A stretch of 63,588 nucleotides of DNA, counting the filler. It is 12 parts of 12 records of this genome, joined end to end, with 100 filler letters (N's around TTAATTAATTAA, not from the genome) between each part and the next. Parts side by side here need not be neighbours in the genome. Positions count along the whole stretch, not along the records: positions 1 to 3,299 come from SRR15195285_2908; positions 3,400 to 11,427 come from SRR15195285_2912; 10 more parts are not named here. One strand, given 5' to 3'. The notes below the pieces were generated by a model that did no database searches, was not told the origin of the DNA, and worked only from the letters and a program-made list of their open reading frames with translations. This document shows, in pieces, positions 1 through 11,527 of this stretch (the first letter of the stretch is position 1; every line of letters starts with the position of its first letter). A program made the position numbers and the translations under genes.

Positions 1-107
1 CGATACACACACTTATCGAATGGAGAGGTAGCTATATAATCGCTAGCGCGTGCGCGCGCGCGCGCGATACTATAGCGTATAATACCGGCGGGCGACGGGT
101 TCAACAT

Positions 108-121
108 ATAGGAATTCCTAT
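108..121. promoter_or_regulatory. Candidate palindromic upstream element (T)AGGAATTCCT(A); other copies at 11381-11394, 27014-27023, 31162-31171
   Basis: All four copies I found are intergenic and lie 5' of genes; regulatory function is inferred. Confidence 0.4.
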
Positions 122-208
122 GTACACTCATATATGGAAATGTACTAGTATGCGCCGCAGGCGGCTGGCTCGAGGGCCCGGGCTCGGCAACTTGGCGTCG
201 GCGACGCG

Positions 209-3145
209 ATGATGCGAGCTGTAGCACTGTCACTCGCCGTCGTGTACCCCCCGTGTTCCTACGCGCCCACAATATCCGACGCCATCGCAGTGCGGCTCGC
301 CGACGCCAGTGGACGATGGGATGGTGTAGGTGGCCTCTCCTCCGGTGGCTCCACCCGGCTGCTCGCCGACTATCCGGCTCAGCAGAGGTCCGACTTCCTG
401 GACCTTCTCTTTGCCCCAAAGGGCGGCGCGGCCTTCCAGATGATCAAGACGGAGGTCGGTGGTGATGGGGATAGCTCTTATGGATCAGAGGCCTCCACGA
501 TGCACACGGCCAACCGGACAGACGATGACTTCTCCGAAGGATACGAAACCTGGCTGCTTCAGGAAGCAAAGAAGCGCAACCCAGCCATCCCCACCTACTG
601 CTTGTCCTGGACGACGCCCGCATGGACGGCCGATGGCACCAGCAACGACACGTTCGACAACAGGACTTTCATGAACCAGCTAGGGGTTGAGTACCACCTG
701 AGGTATCTGCAGCAGGTCAAAGCTCAGTTCAACATATCGTTCGACTTTGCTGGCGTATGGAATGAACAGAGCCTGAATTCGAATACTTGGCACAACGAGT
801 ATGTCAGCCAGTTGCGCACAGCGATGGATCAAGGCGGCTTCGAGCACACGCAAATTGTTGCAGCAGACGGTGATAGGTCTGTGATTGACTATCTAGAGAA
901 GGATCCACAGCTGCAGTCAGCGGTGCAGGTGGTGGGCATACATTGGGGCCAGAAGGCTGATGATGTCACACGCGTGAACGACATGGGGAAGACGTTCTGG
1001 AACAGCGAGAATAATGGTATCGATGGCCCGACTTGGCCCGACAACAAGCATGGTACTGCGGTGAAATGGCTAGCCACTATCCTCACTAACTACGTCAGCT
1101 TCAATATGACCGCAACCATTATCTGCCCGCTGTTTCACGGCTGGAGCATGCAGTATGGACGGCACAACCATGGGGCCGCCTACACGAATGACCCGTGGAG
1201 TGGCTACTACGAGCTCAGTGCGGCGTTCTGGGTGCAAGCACACATCACACAACTCTCGTCTGTCGGGTGGCTGTTTGGAGCCTCCGCGACAAAGGGTAAC
1301 GAGCTTGTCTACGTCACGTTGGTCTCTCCAGATCGCAAAGACTTTACCATTGTCGTCGCAAACTCGGGGAGTAGCTCTGCCTCCTTCGTCTTCAACATCA
1401 CGTCGCCGTCTTTGCCTACTGCGGCCGCTGCTACACCAGCCGGGCAGGTGCCGTGGTCGACGGTCGATGTGTGGCGTACGGTCGCAGGCAAGCCATTCTA
1501 TGCCGCGCCGCCTGCTCCACTCACTGCCGACGGTATCCTGTACGCCAGCGTCCCCGGCTCGAGTGTGGCGTCGTTCACGACTATTCGTGACGCCCAACAT
1601 GCGGAGCCACTGATTCCGCCCAGAACCTCGTTTCCACTGCCATATCGCTCCAACTACAGTGCGCAGTCTGTCGGCCAGGAGGGTCAGTATCTTTCGGCGG
1701 CGTTCGGCTCCTTCAGCATCTTCGATCTGCCGCAAGGCTCTCATACAGGCGACGGGCCACGACGAGTGCTGCGTCAGGGAAGCGTGGGTTGTCCGGTAGG
1801 TTGGGACACTCCCCCTGGTGAGACGCGCGGTTTCAACAGCAGATCCGGTTGGGTCCCGAACTGCCTTGATCTGCCACCCTTCGCGACACTGCCCTCTGGC
1901 ACGAATTGGCGCAACTACAACATATCGATTGCGGCGGCGCTGCAGCCACCGGGTATGCCTTCACCAGCAGTGCCTCGATCGGCCACACCCAGAGCTGACG
2001 AAGTGATCACTGGACCGCTGTTTGCGAGTCTATGTGGCCGTATACCAGTGTGGGCGCTCCGACTGGAGGGGCTGAAGAAGAGCCCGATGGCGGGGAGCTG
2101 CCTGCTGATCAACGAGACGCACTGGTGGCTCGAGCAGCGGGACAACCACCGGTCCACCGTCAACGCGCATGGGCCGCTTTCTCCCAGCAACGCCGACTCC
2201 GGCGGCGTGCTAGGTTGGCACTCGCTGGCACTGGCCTTCGTCGAGCAGAGGGTGACTGCCTACGTCGATGGTGTGGCCGTTGCGGCCGGGGTTCCCATCA
2301 CGTCCGCGTGGAATGGCGTAGTCGGGGTCGGCTCTGGCAGGCACCACGCATACTTTCACGACCTGAGGCTGACACCCGTCACAGTGCCGCTTGCTACACA
2401 GCTGCCTCATCATCGTCGTCTCACAACCATGATCAGTGAGGACGGCGAGGTGCACGCTGATATCAGCGGCAGCAGCCAGGAACAAGTGGCGACAGTAGCC
2501 GCCGGTGGTCTGACTGCTGGCTCGTTCGTCCTAGATGTCACTCCAATGGGAGACCTGTGCCAAGGCTGCCACCACCCCATTCCCTACAACAAACCCGCAG
2601 CTTCTGGTCCAACGACTCCCATTCTACACAGAAATGGAGGCTGGGCGGGGATGATCTTGGACAACTCGCAGAATAATCGTAGCGTTAGCGTTGTTGCGTT
2701 TGGCCGCTATCGTGTGCCCGGCAACAACCAGACGCACTCGATGCAAGTCTGGGACGAGCTCGCAGGAGCGTTCCTGCTGACAGGTGCAAATATCGCCAAG
2801 GCCACCGTCTCCTTGTCCCCTGCCAAATGCTCCCCCGACGCGCTGGGTTTTTGCTACTCCGATCGCCTCCCCAGTCCTCTCACGCTCGAGGCAGGCAAGC
2901 GCTACTACGTCGTGTCGGAAGAGCACGACGGTGGTGATGCCTACGCCGAGATGACTGATTCCGCCACCTCGACGAACTTCGCCGTGCGCGACGGCAGGAC
3001 ATATATGTCATACCAGCAGCCGTGTTGTGGCGTGGTGAGCGGTCGGGTACGTCGGGCACCACAAGCCACGAACTGGACCAAGAGTGAGGCGGCGGGGCAC
3101 GACCTCGATACATCGTTTGGGCCTGTGAACTTTGTGGTGGTGTGA
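209..3145 (+). CDS. Secreted GH59 galactocerebrosidase-like beta-galactosidase with lectin-like domain and an extra C-terminal beta-sandwich (DUF4082-like) module
   Basis: Single 978-aa ORF with a signal-like N-terminus. GH59 motifs: 'WDGVGGLSSGGSTRLLADYP', 'MIKTEVGGDGDSSYGSEAS', 'GYETWLLQEAKKRNP', acid/base 'VWNE', nucleophile 'FWNSE', 'DPWSGYY'. Confidence 0.88.
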   Translation: MMRAVALSLAVVYPPCSYAPTISDAIAVRLADASGRWDGVGGLSSGGSTRLLADYPAQQRSDFLDLLFAPKGGAAFQMIKTEVGGDGDSSYGSEASTMHTANRTDDDFSEGYETWLLQEAKKRNPAIPTYCLSWTTPAWTADGTSNDTFDNRTFMNQLGVEYHLRYLQQVKAQFNISFDFAGVWNEQSLNSNTWHNEYVSQLRTAMDQGGFEHTQIVAADGDRSVIDYLEKDPQLQSAVQVVGIHWGQKADDVTRVNDMGKTFWNSENNGIDGPTWPDNKHGTAVKWLATILTNYVSFNMTATIICPLFHGWSMQYGRHNHGAAYTNDPWSGYYELSAAFWVQAHITQLSSVGWLFGASATKGNELVYVTLVSPDRKDFTIVVANSGSSSASFVFNITSPSLPTAAAATPAGQVPWSTVDVWRTVAGKPFYAAPPAPLTADGILYASVPGSSVASFTTIRDAQHAEPLIPPRTSFPLPYRSNYSAQSVGQEGQYLSAAFGSFSIFDLPQGSHTGDGPRRVLRQGSVGCPVGWDTPPGETRGFNSRSGWVPNCLDLPPFATLPSGTNWRNYNISIAAALQPPGMPSPAVPRSATPRADEVITGPLFASLCGRIPVWALRLEGLKKSPMAGSCLLINETHWWLEQRDNHRSTVNAHGPLSPSNADSGGVLGWHSLALAFVEQRVTAYVDGVAVAAGVPITSAWNGVVGVGSGRHHAYFHDLRLTPVTVPLATQLPHHRRLTTMISEDGEVHADISGSSQEQVATVAAGGLTAGSFVLDVTPMGDLCQGCHHPIPYNKPAASGPTTPILHRNGGWAGMILDNSQNNRSVSVVAFGRYRVPGNNQTHSMQVWDELAGAFLLTGANIAKATVSLSPAKCSPDALGFCYSDRLPSPLTLEAGKRYYVVSEEHDGGDAYAEMTDSATSTNFAVRDGRTYMSYQQPCCGVVSGRVRRAPQATNWTKSEAAGHDLDTSFGPVNFVVV

Positions 3146-3272
3146 GCAATGAGCGAGCGAAATGCGCTCAATCAAGGAGAGATTGTTGATGACGTATGCA
3201 TGCATTGTGTCGTGCGAGCGCAAGCGCCACAGCGAGCGCCGCGCCGTCATGCCTTTGAAGGCGGCAGATGAT

Positions 3273-3299
3273 CACACACACACACACACACACACACAC
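3273..3299. repeat. (CA)n microsatellite at contig end
   Basis: Visible CA run immediately before the N spacer. Confidence 0.95.
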
Positions 3300-3399
3300 N
3301 NNNNNNNNNNNNNNNNNNNNNNNNNNNNNNNNNNNNNNNNNNNTTAATTAATTAANNNNNNNNNNNNNNNNNNNNNNNNNNNNNNNNNNNNNNNNNNNN
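3300..3399. other. Artificial contig-joining spacer N44-TTAATTAATTAA-N44. Also at 11428, 16135, 19317, 24705, 33118, 37645, 43684, 47058, 54824 and 58932 (100 nt each).
   Basis: Eleven identical spacers; the 12-mer places stop codons in all six frames. Confidence 0.99.
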
Positions 3400-3745
3400 A
3401 TCCTATAGATTTGCATTAGGGAAGTGATACCCAGTGCATGTGGGCACTTGGTATGCCTAGCTCTAGGCACTGTGATGATACATGATCAATCGTTTCTGGA
3501 GGGTCTTGAGCTGGTGCCTCGCTCTCCCGAGCCAGCCAACGGATGCAAGTGGCACGCGCAGCACCCCCGGCAATAGCACCTCCATCTCGAACCCGTATGC
3601 GCGTGCCGCTCCACGAACCATATATATATATAGAAACATTCCGGCGCTTACTGATTGACTCCCAAGATGCGCGCCGTTGGGATACTCGCGACGGTACGGT
3701 GCATGGTGAAGTGCGCGCGGTCGTCACGCACGCATCGTGGGCGCG

Positions 3746-6700
3746 ATGCTCCCGCTTTCGCTCCTCTGCGCTGCCGCCGCAAGCGCTCACGCTAGCTCGG
3801 ACACGGTCGGCCCTGTCGATCAACTGGCGGGCTTGAGCGCGCCCCTCGCCCTGGCGGATCTCCGGCTGACAGGGTTGGAGAAGGAAGGAAGCTTTCTTGG
3901 GCACAGCGCACCGGAGTTCCGGTGGTCGCTGCGATGCGATGGATGCCACTCCGTGCGGCAGACCGCGTATCGCATCACGGTGCATGAGGAGGAGGGGCAG
4001 CGCGGTGAGCCTCTTTGGGACACGGGGCGCGTGTTCGAGGCGAGCTTGCGCCATGCAACCGCCACTACCACGAAATACCACCAGACGCTACCACTGCAAT
4101 CCGATCGGCAGTACCGCTGGGAGCTCGCAGTCTCGGCTGTGGTAAACGGGCAGGTCGAGACGGTCAGTGCCGTTGCTAGCGGTCAGTTTCGCACCGCGCT
4201 CCTGCGTACAAGCGACTGGAGTGGCGCCGCGTGGATCGGCGGCGGCACGAGCTTACGCACTGAGTTCAAGCTAGCAGGCGGCACGGTCGCCTCAGCCCAA
4301 GCCTTTGTGTCTGCGGCAGGCTGCTTCGACCTTTCCGTCAACGGAGAGAAGGTCGCGCCCGGCGTATTCCTCGAGCCGTCGTGGGCGTCATTTCCACCGA
4401 TTCGGATGCTGTATCGCGCCTACGATATTGCATCATTCTTGCGCGCTAGTAGCCCTAACGCCGTCGGGCTGCGACTCGGCATGTGCAAATACGGCTACAA
4501 CGATGGATTTTGTGACGGAGCCCACGCCGCCACTGCGGCATGTAAGGCAGCGATCGTGTACATGTCTGTGAAATTCACTGATGGGAGCAGTTTCAATGTG
4601 AGCAGCTCAGCGAACGGCACTGACTGGATGGTCACGACTGCAAACAACCCAGTAACTTACAGCCATCTTTTTCATGGCGAAATCTACGACGCCCGGCTCG
4701 AAGAGGCTGGGTGGGATCAGCCCGGCTTCAAGCCTTCGAGCGGCTGGGAAAAGGCAGTCGCGTACCCTGGTGCGGCCACACAATTTGGGCAGCTCAGTTT
4801 GGCGCAGTATCCCTCGATTGTCATTGCGGAGAGCCATAAGCCCGTGTCGATTAAGCCGGTGACAGTGGCGCCCCCGCCTAGTGGGCTGCGTGGCTGCCCA
4901 CTAAATGAGATCGGAGCGGCAGGCTCTGGGACAGTTGATTTACAGTGTCCAGATGGCGAGACCATCGAGGAGATCACATTTGCCAGCTTTGGTATTCCTA
5001 AATCCTCTGGCCGTTGGATCCAGGGCAATGTTGGGGGGCACTGTGCAGATCGCAAGTACGTTCCGGGCTGCATCTTCTGGGAGGATATTGCGCGCAAAAC
5101 GAAGTACTTCGCTCGATCATGCGTCACGCCACCTTGCGGCGCGAATGCATGCAAAGCATTTACACCGGTCGGCGCTTACGTGACAACCTTGGCAGACGGC
5201 GGAGACTTCACGTGCGACGTCATGCCGAACTGCACGATGGCAGCAGGTTCGTGTGCCACCGCGCGTGATGCGGCCAAAAGTAAAGTTTCGAAGCTCTGCG
5301 TAGGAAAGGCCAGCTGCTCGATTCCAGCTACGCCAGCGTTTTTTGGCGGAGACCCATGTCCTGCTGTCAAGGAACCGAAGAGTGTAGCTATCCGGGCGCG
5401 CTGTAGCAGCTCCAAACCGAAACCCACAGCCCAGACCTGGGTGTTTGATTTTGGGCAAAACATGGCTGGATTTGCCACGCTGAACGTCAGCGGCATTGCA
5501 CCCGGCACGGAATTTACGTTGCGATATGGTGAGGTCCTAAACAAGGATGGCAGCGTGAATATGGCGTGGTGCGGAGAGCCTTGCAACGTCGGGCCTGGGA
5601 GCTTCAATACTGCCAATCAGACCGACAAGTATATTGCGAAGGGTGGCCTCGAGCCGGAAGTGTTCACACCGCATTTCACTTATCATGGCTATAGGTACGT
5701 ACAAGTAGAAGGCTTGCCAACCGAGCCCAACTCTGGAGTGCTGACGGGGCATTTCGTGCACACTAATGTGACGAAGGACGGACACGTTGAATTCAAGAAG
5801 CCGTCGATGGAGATACTCAACGGCATTCAAAAGGCGATTGTTTACACCCAGCTCAGTAATTTCTACCATCATCCAACGGACTGCCCACAACGGTGAGAAT
5901 TAGCTGCATCCTGCCCTGCGCATTTGCCACGGAGCTAATGCGCTTACGTAAGAATGCTTCTGGCGTTCTGAATGCTTCCACAGAGAGAAGCGCGGCTGGA
6001 TGGGCGACAGCCAAATCACCAGTGCCGAAGCGAGCTTGAATTTCGATACTACTGCATTTTACACAAACTGGATTCAAGCCTTTGCTGACACGCAGCACCA
6101 TGGCTGTACTCAGAAGGGCAAACCTGGTCGCGTTGGCATGCAATGCTGCGAATCAACGCGCAGTTCGTTTGGGTGCTCATTCAGCTGTCCGACGTCAGTG
6201 GATTGTAATTTCACTCATACTGCAGGTGCCCTGCCCGATGTCGTGCCCTACCACAATCCAATTGGAGGCTGGCCTGGCGACCCGAGCTGGGGGGCAGCAG
6301 GCGCTGTAATTCCTCGCGAAATCGTAGTGACGCGTGGGGAAACTGCGACGCCAGAGCTGTACAGTGTCGTGAAAAGTCTTGTGGACTTTTTCAACAGCCA
6401 CGGGGATTCGCAGACGGATGGTGTAGTTACGTTCGGATACTATGGCGACTGGTTGGATCTTGCACCACACACTCCTCGTCCTCAGGTCACCGGATTCTCA
6501 CATCTGCTGTCAATCCACAGGTTTGTGGAAATCGCCGCAGCCGCTGGACACACGGCCGATGCTGCAAGCTACAACGAAACGCTGCTGAAATTGAAGGCTG
6601 GGTACCACAAGGCCTATTGGAACGCCAAGACGCAGAGCTACGGAGCTTCGCAGACAGCAAACCTATTACCACTGTACATGGACATCACCCCTGCAGCGTT

Positions 6701-7379
6701 GGTGCCAGCAGCAACCAAAGCGTATGTCGACGCCTTGACGAAGAACAAGAATCTGACAAACAGCGGCATTATCGGCTCAGCGTACATGCTGCAGACGCTT
6801 GCGAAGGTTGGCCATGGGGACATTGCACTACGCATCGCGCTGGCCACCTCGGAGCCGTCGTGGGGGAACATGGTTATCAAGGGCCCAGGGACAATATGGG
6901 AATCCTGGACGGACTCGACTAATTCTCACAATCACCCAGCGCTTTCTGCTGATATTGGCGTGTTTTTGTACACTCTGGCAGGCGTCGAACCGTCGCGCTG
7001 GGGGCGTGGAGCAAATCGGCAGGTTAATTTCAGATTGGATGCGCTCACTGCGGCAACGGTTGGGGCCGCGTACGTTCATGTCGCATCAGAGGGTGGGCGG
7101 GCGTCTTTCTCTTGGGGTTTTGACCCTGTACAAAGTTTCGAGATAAACGTAACGATTCCGCACGGAGAACAAGGCACAGTGGAACTTCTTGTGCCAAGGA
7201 GCACATGTCACGTGCTAACAAGTAGCCGAACGCTAGTGTGGAAGAGTACTAAAACCATGGAGAAGGTATCTGCGGCAACGCTCATACAACATGGCATCTA
7301 TGCTGTAGAGATGATTGCGCCAAAGCTAATCGTTTCAGTTGGGTCAGGTGAGCATAGCTTGATGTTGCAGCCGTGTTAA
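3746..7379 (+). CDS. Secreted GH78 alpha-L-rhamnosidase with inserted SUEL/rhamnose-binding lectin domain; 2 exons (intron 5893-5983)
   Basis: Splicing CG|GTGAG...TTCCACAG|A restores the GH78 signature PTDCPQR-EKRGWMGD. Also 'FDFGQNMAG', 'FTYHGYRYVQV', 'YGDW', 'TIWESW..SHNH'. Signal peptide from ATG 3746. Confidence 0.92.
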
Positions 7380-7486
7380 TGGTGCAGCCATGTTATATTA
7401 AAAGGAGCTGAGATGTGTGCCATTGAAAATGCATCTGACGCAACAATGGCACAAAATTTATAGTAGCCAGCTATTGCAAAGAATAC

Positions 7487-10400
7487 TCAGTCCGTCGGCC
7501 AGCATAGTTCGAATGGATCAGCGCAGAGTGTCTCCATTACGGTGAACGAGAACTCGCCAAAAAGAAATGCGATGAGATGAGATGGCATCATCGCGCGCGC
7601 CATGAATGTTTTGTTTGCCTCCGGATCTGCAGCAAGTAGAGCCAATGTGTGTCAGGAAAAGTTGAGTTTGCCTAGGTATACTGTGGCACGAACGTACCGA
7701 AGCAGGCCACGAGGAGGTCGGTAGAGACGGGATGATTCCCTCGGAACTGCTGGCACACGAACTTCGCGACGAGATTGTTAAAGCACGTAGCGTTTTCTGG
7801 CATGTCTACGTAGGCGAAGATTTGCTGTAGCTCCTCCATTTCGGTCATGCCCATGTCATTTTTCGTGTCACCGGTTGCTGGTACACGCGCTACCGCTGTC
7901 TCCAATCCAGGTGACTTCATCACGATGAAGGTGCGCAGCTCCAGTGCAGAGAGGCTCTTAACGCGCTCCCTCTCTTGCTGATAGCACTCTTCTACACGGT
8001 TTAGTAGCCGATGCCACAGCCCTGTTTCGCTCAAGCCGATGCTACCATCGAGAACGTAGCATAGCATGTGCGTGCACAGTACCGCACGTGACTCGTCTAA
8101 AGTAATGTTGGCGAAGTCTTCTAGCAGCGCAGCCTCGTCGTCGATCACACCGCCTTGCTTCACGGCCTTGTGCTTCTTCATGTTGAGGTAATTTACGGCG
8201 TGCCTCAGGAGCAGCTCCATCGTTGGAAACATGCTTCCATGCTTAACAATCGCAACACCGATGGCGCGCAGGATCTGAATCTTGGCTGTATCGGACAGCG
8301 TGTCTGGGTCGTCTTCGTAAAGAGGGCAGAAGGTGTCCATTATCTCATTGAAGACCTCCACTGATGTGGTGACCCCGATGGCCTGCACTTCAGCGCCCTT
8401 CATGATGGCGTGACATAGCATTGAATCCCACAGCATAGCTGCTAGCATCGTGCCCGAGTAAGGTTTCAACCATGTCGCAGTGTCGTAATTCGTCACCTTG
8501 GATGTCAACATCTTCAACAGAACACCGCTAATCAACACACGCCCTTTGATCCAGCCAACAGACAGTACAGTCACCCAGATTGGTCGCGTGTGTTCCTCCT
8601 CGCCACCGCCGGCGTCTACTCCCATCACATCCTCTGTTGAGTCTCCCAGTTCAAATACCGACCTTACTAGCATGGTCGCCACAAACGCACGATCCTGATT
8701 GAGTGGTGTCAATCGCAGATCCAGAGCACTTGAGACCTTCACAGCACTTCGCAGTGCAGTAAGCATCAGTCCGGCGAGCTCGAACACGATCATCAGTACG
8801 ACCATCGAAATGTTTGCGATCATGAACTTGGCCCAGAGCTCGTGATCTCTGATTGCTGTTGACCGCAGTGGCACGCACTCGCTTTCCCAGCCATCCATTT
8901 CGAAGCTCCAGTTGCCACCCATCAGTTGATTGCCTCCCATTTCAAGATAGGAAGTTACATTGAGTGGGTAGGCTGTACAGGTCCCAGGTAAGCATTGCCC
9001 CCTCGGGTCGAGTGGTGGCACGTATGCACAGCCCTCACTGTCCTCGGCTGCCGCCGCCCCACACGAGCTTCGATCACCAGGTTGGAAAGAGCAATCGGTA
9101 GGAGGATCCTCGAGTGCCAACGGCTTGCACGTTTCCACTTGGCGGTAGACCTCAGTCACAATCGGGCCGTCTCCAGAGTTAGTGTCCCACAAAACTTCAG
9201 GGCCATCGGCCCAGCCTAGCCGGTTCCATGCTCCAGGATTTGCTGGCAAAGACAGATTGTAGTATTCACTGTTAGGATCCTCAAGATCTGCGAAGTGCTC
9301 GCCACACGTGAAGTAGGCGTCCTTTCCACCGTCGGTTCCCATCACAGTGACGAGATAATTCTCCCACATGCCAGCGATACCGCAGGTGACCATGCCCAGT
9401 AAAAAGGCTTGAAAGACGCAGGAGTAATGTAGGCGATTCACTTTCTTGCGCTGGGCATCAGTGAGATAATGCAACTTGCCTGCGCACGCCTGATTTAGGA
9501 CTGCCCGAATGTCCTCTTTGGACATGGGTTCGGTGCCCATTTTCTCTAAGATTTTGACCCCACCACGCTCTAACGCCCCCATCTTCTTCTTGATTTGTTC
9601 TTCGACATCCGCATTTACTGGCGAATCTATCAGCAGACTCAGGAGCTGAAATCTGTTAGGCACGTCCATCGGCAGAATCTTGCTGAGTTCCGAGTCGCAC
9701 TTGACTTTGATCATGCCTTGTACGTACTCCCCGAAAGCTATCCAATCTTTGCCCTCTGGATTGAGAACTGCCCAAACCCGCCGAACGTCATCTGGCGCCA
9801 CGTCGAGTTTCGGGTTCATGGCTACGATCACCATCTCCAACTCTTCGAGCTCTAGCTGATTGTCTCCGTCCACGTCCGCAGTATCAAACGCCTCGCGGAG
9901 CTTGCGCATATCCTCAGCTCGCTCCTGCCAATTGCCAGGCAGGAATTCTTTCATCGCACCACCCCGCATCATGAAAACGTACTGCCCGAAATTGAGCTCT
10001 CCGGCCTCACCCATCATTTCGCGCCCCGTTTCCTCGTCATCCAAGTCGCCCTCTGTACCGCCCCCGGCCCCCTGTTTCTTCATACGCCCTGACATCTTCA
10101 ATAGCTCTGTCGGCCCTGCGGCTGCCTTGCGCGACAACCCTGCCAGCGGCTTCATCACCGCCTCCTTGCCCTTGGAAGCCATTTTTCCGACCGCACCTTG
10201 CTCTTTTTGTGGCTTCCCGCCAACCTTGCCGCTCTTCTTTGGAGCGCTGAACTCCTCTGGCAGTCCTTCCAGCTTGAGATACCATCGGCAAAACTCAGCA
10301 AAGTCAAGCTCGCCATCGCTCCGAGACGCCAACCTGTCGACGTCGATGGCGGTCATGAGCGGCAGCTCGGACCCAAGATTGCGCAGCGCACCGATCACGC

Positions 10401-10878
10401 AGTTGATCTCGTCCAGGTCCATTGTTCCACTCTTGTCTGCATCGTATTCATCCCAGATTTGTTGGCACTTCGTGCGGTTGGCCTCATCTGCCTGCGCCAG
10501 CCACTCGGCGAACCCCGTCCTCGCGTCCTCGATGGACGTTGCGATCTGCTCCTCCGTGATCTTGCAGCCCATGACGTTCAGCATCAGCCCGAACTCATCT
10601 GCATCAATCGCCCCACCACCGTCCATGTCAGCTGCCTGGAAGGCGTAGATCAAATCCTCCAATTCGTCCTCTGTCATTTCGCTCTCGTTGGCTGCGATAG
10701 CGTCGACAGGCCGGCCCGGATCCTCCGCCTGGCCGTTGGTCGGCGCCTGCTTGGCTTGCTGCAGCGGGTTGCTGAACTCCTCGTCGTACTCGCCGGGCAG
10801 CTCGCCGCTCCCATCCTCGACATCGAACGTGGCGCCGCTGAACGCAGGCGCAGCCTGCTGCTGGGATTTCTTCGGCAT
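7487..10878 (-). CDS. Multi-EF-hand, multi-pass membrane protein with LBF_2804-like C-terminal domain; probable terminal intron 7627-7697
   Basis: EF loops DMDGGGAIDADE, DADKSGTMDLDE, DVDGDNQLELEE plus degenerate ones; hydrophobic helices flank a Cys-rich loop. G|GTACGT...CTGCAG|AT extends the frame to TGA at 7487. Confidence 0.75.
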
Positions 10879-11527
10879 CCTAACAAGCGCTGTAGAGTAC
10901 CCCAGAAGCAGCCTATGCGCGCGCGCTCTCTCTCTCTGTCTATCTTAGCCACACTCGTCCCATCTGCCCCAACATACCCCCCCACCTGCGTGTACACACC
11001 GCGCTGGTCCTGTTCAACTAAAGTGCGCCAGTAAATACCGTGTACACCCCAGGATCGGCCTATGCGCTTGGAAGCGCGGCTCTCTTTCTCAGCCACCACA
11101 CCTCTCAGCCACCACACCGTCTCACCCACCCCTGGCAGCCAAACCCACCCGCCATCTGCGTGTGTACATGTACACACAAGCGCACTGCAGCAGCCAAACA
11201 AAGCAGAGCAGCCGAAGCGCAGTAAGTGGTGGACGCCGCGTACCCCAGGCAGGGCGTGGATCGGCGGCCGTTGGCCGGTGCGTTGCCCAACCGTCGAAGT
11301 CCATCCAGATGGTAGCAGCCAGCCTGGACCCCAGCCACCGCTCGATCTTACCCGATGAATCCTGCATGCATGTCTTACATGTAGGAATTCCTACCCCTGT
11401 ACTGTACATTTGCATGGAATTGACGTANNNNNNNNNNNNNNNNNNNNNNNNNNNNNNNNNNNNNNNNNNNNTTAATTAATTAANNNNNNNNNNNNNNNNN
11501 NNNNNNNNNNNNNNNNNNNNNNNNNNN

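Noticed and set aside
209-7379. GH59 next to GH78 as a PUL-like cluster
   Set aside because: They are on different contigs separated by a spacer.
3737-7379. Split ORFs (GH78, GH5, sulfatase, Myb, cNMP) as pseudogenes, frameshifts or stop-codon recoding
   Set aside because: The breaks I traced are resolved in frame by canonical GT-AG introns.
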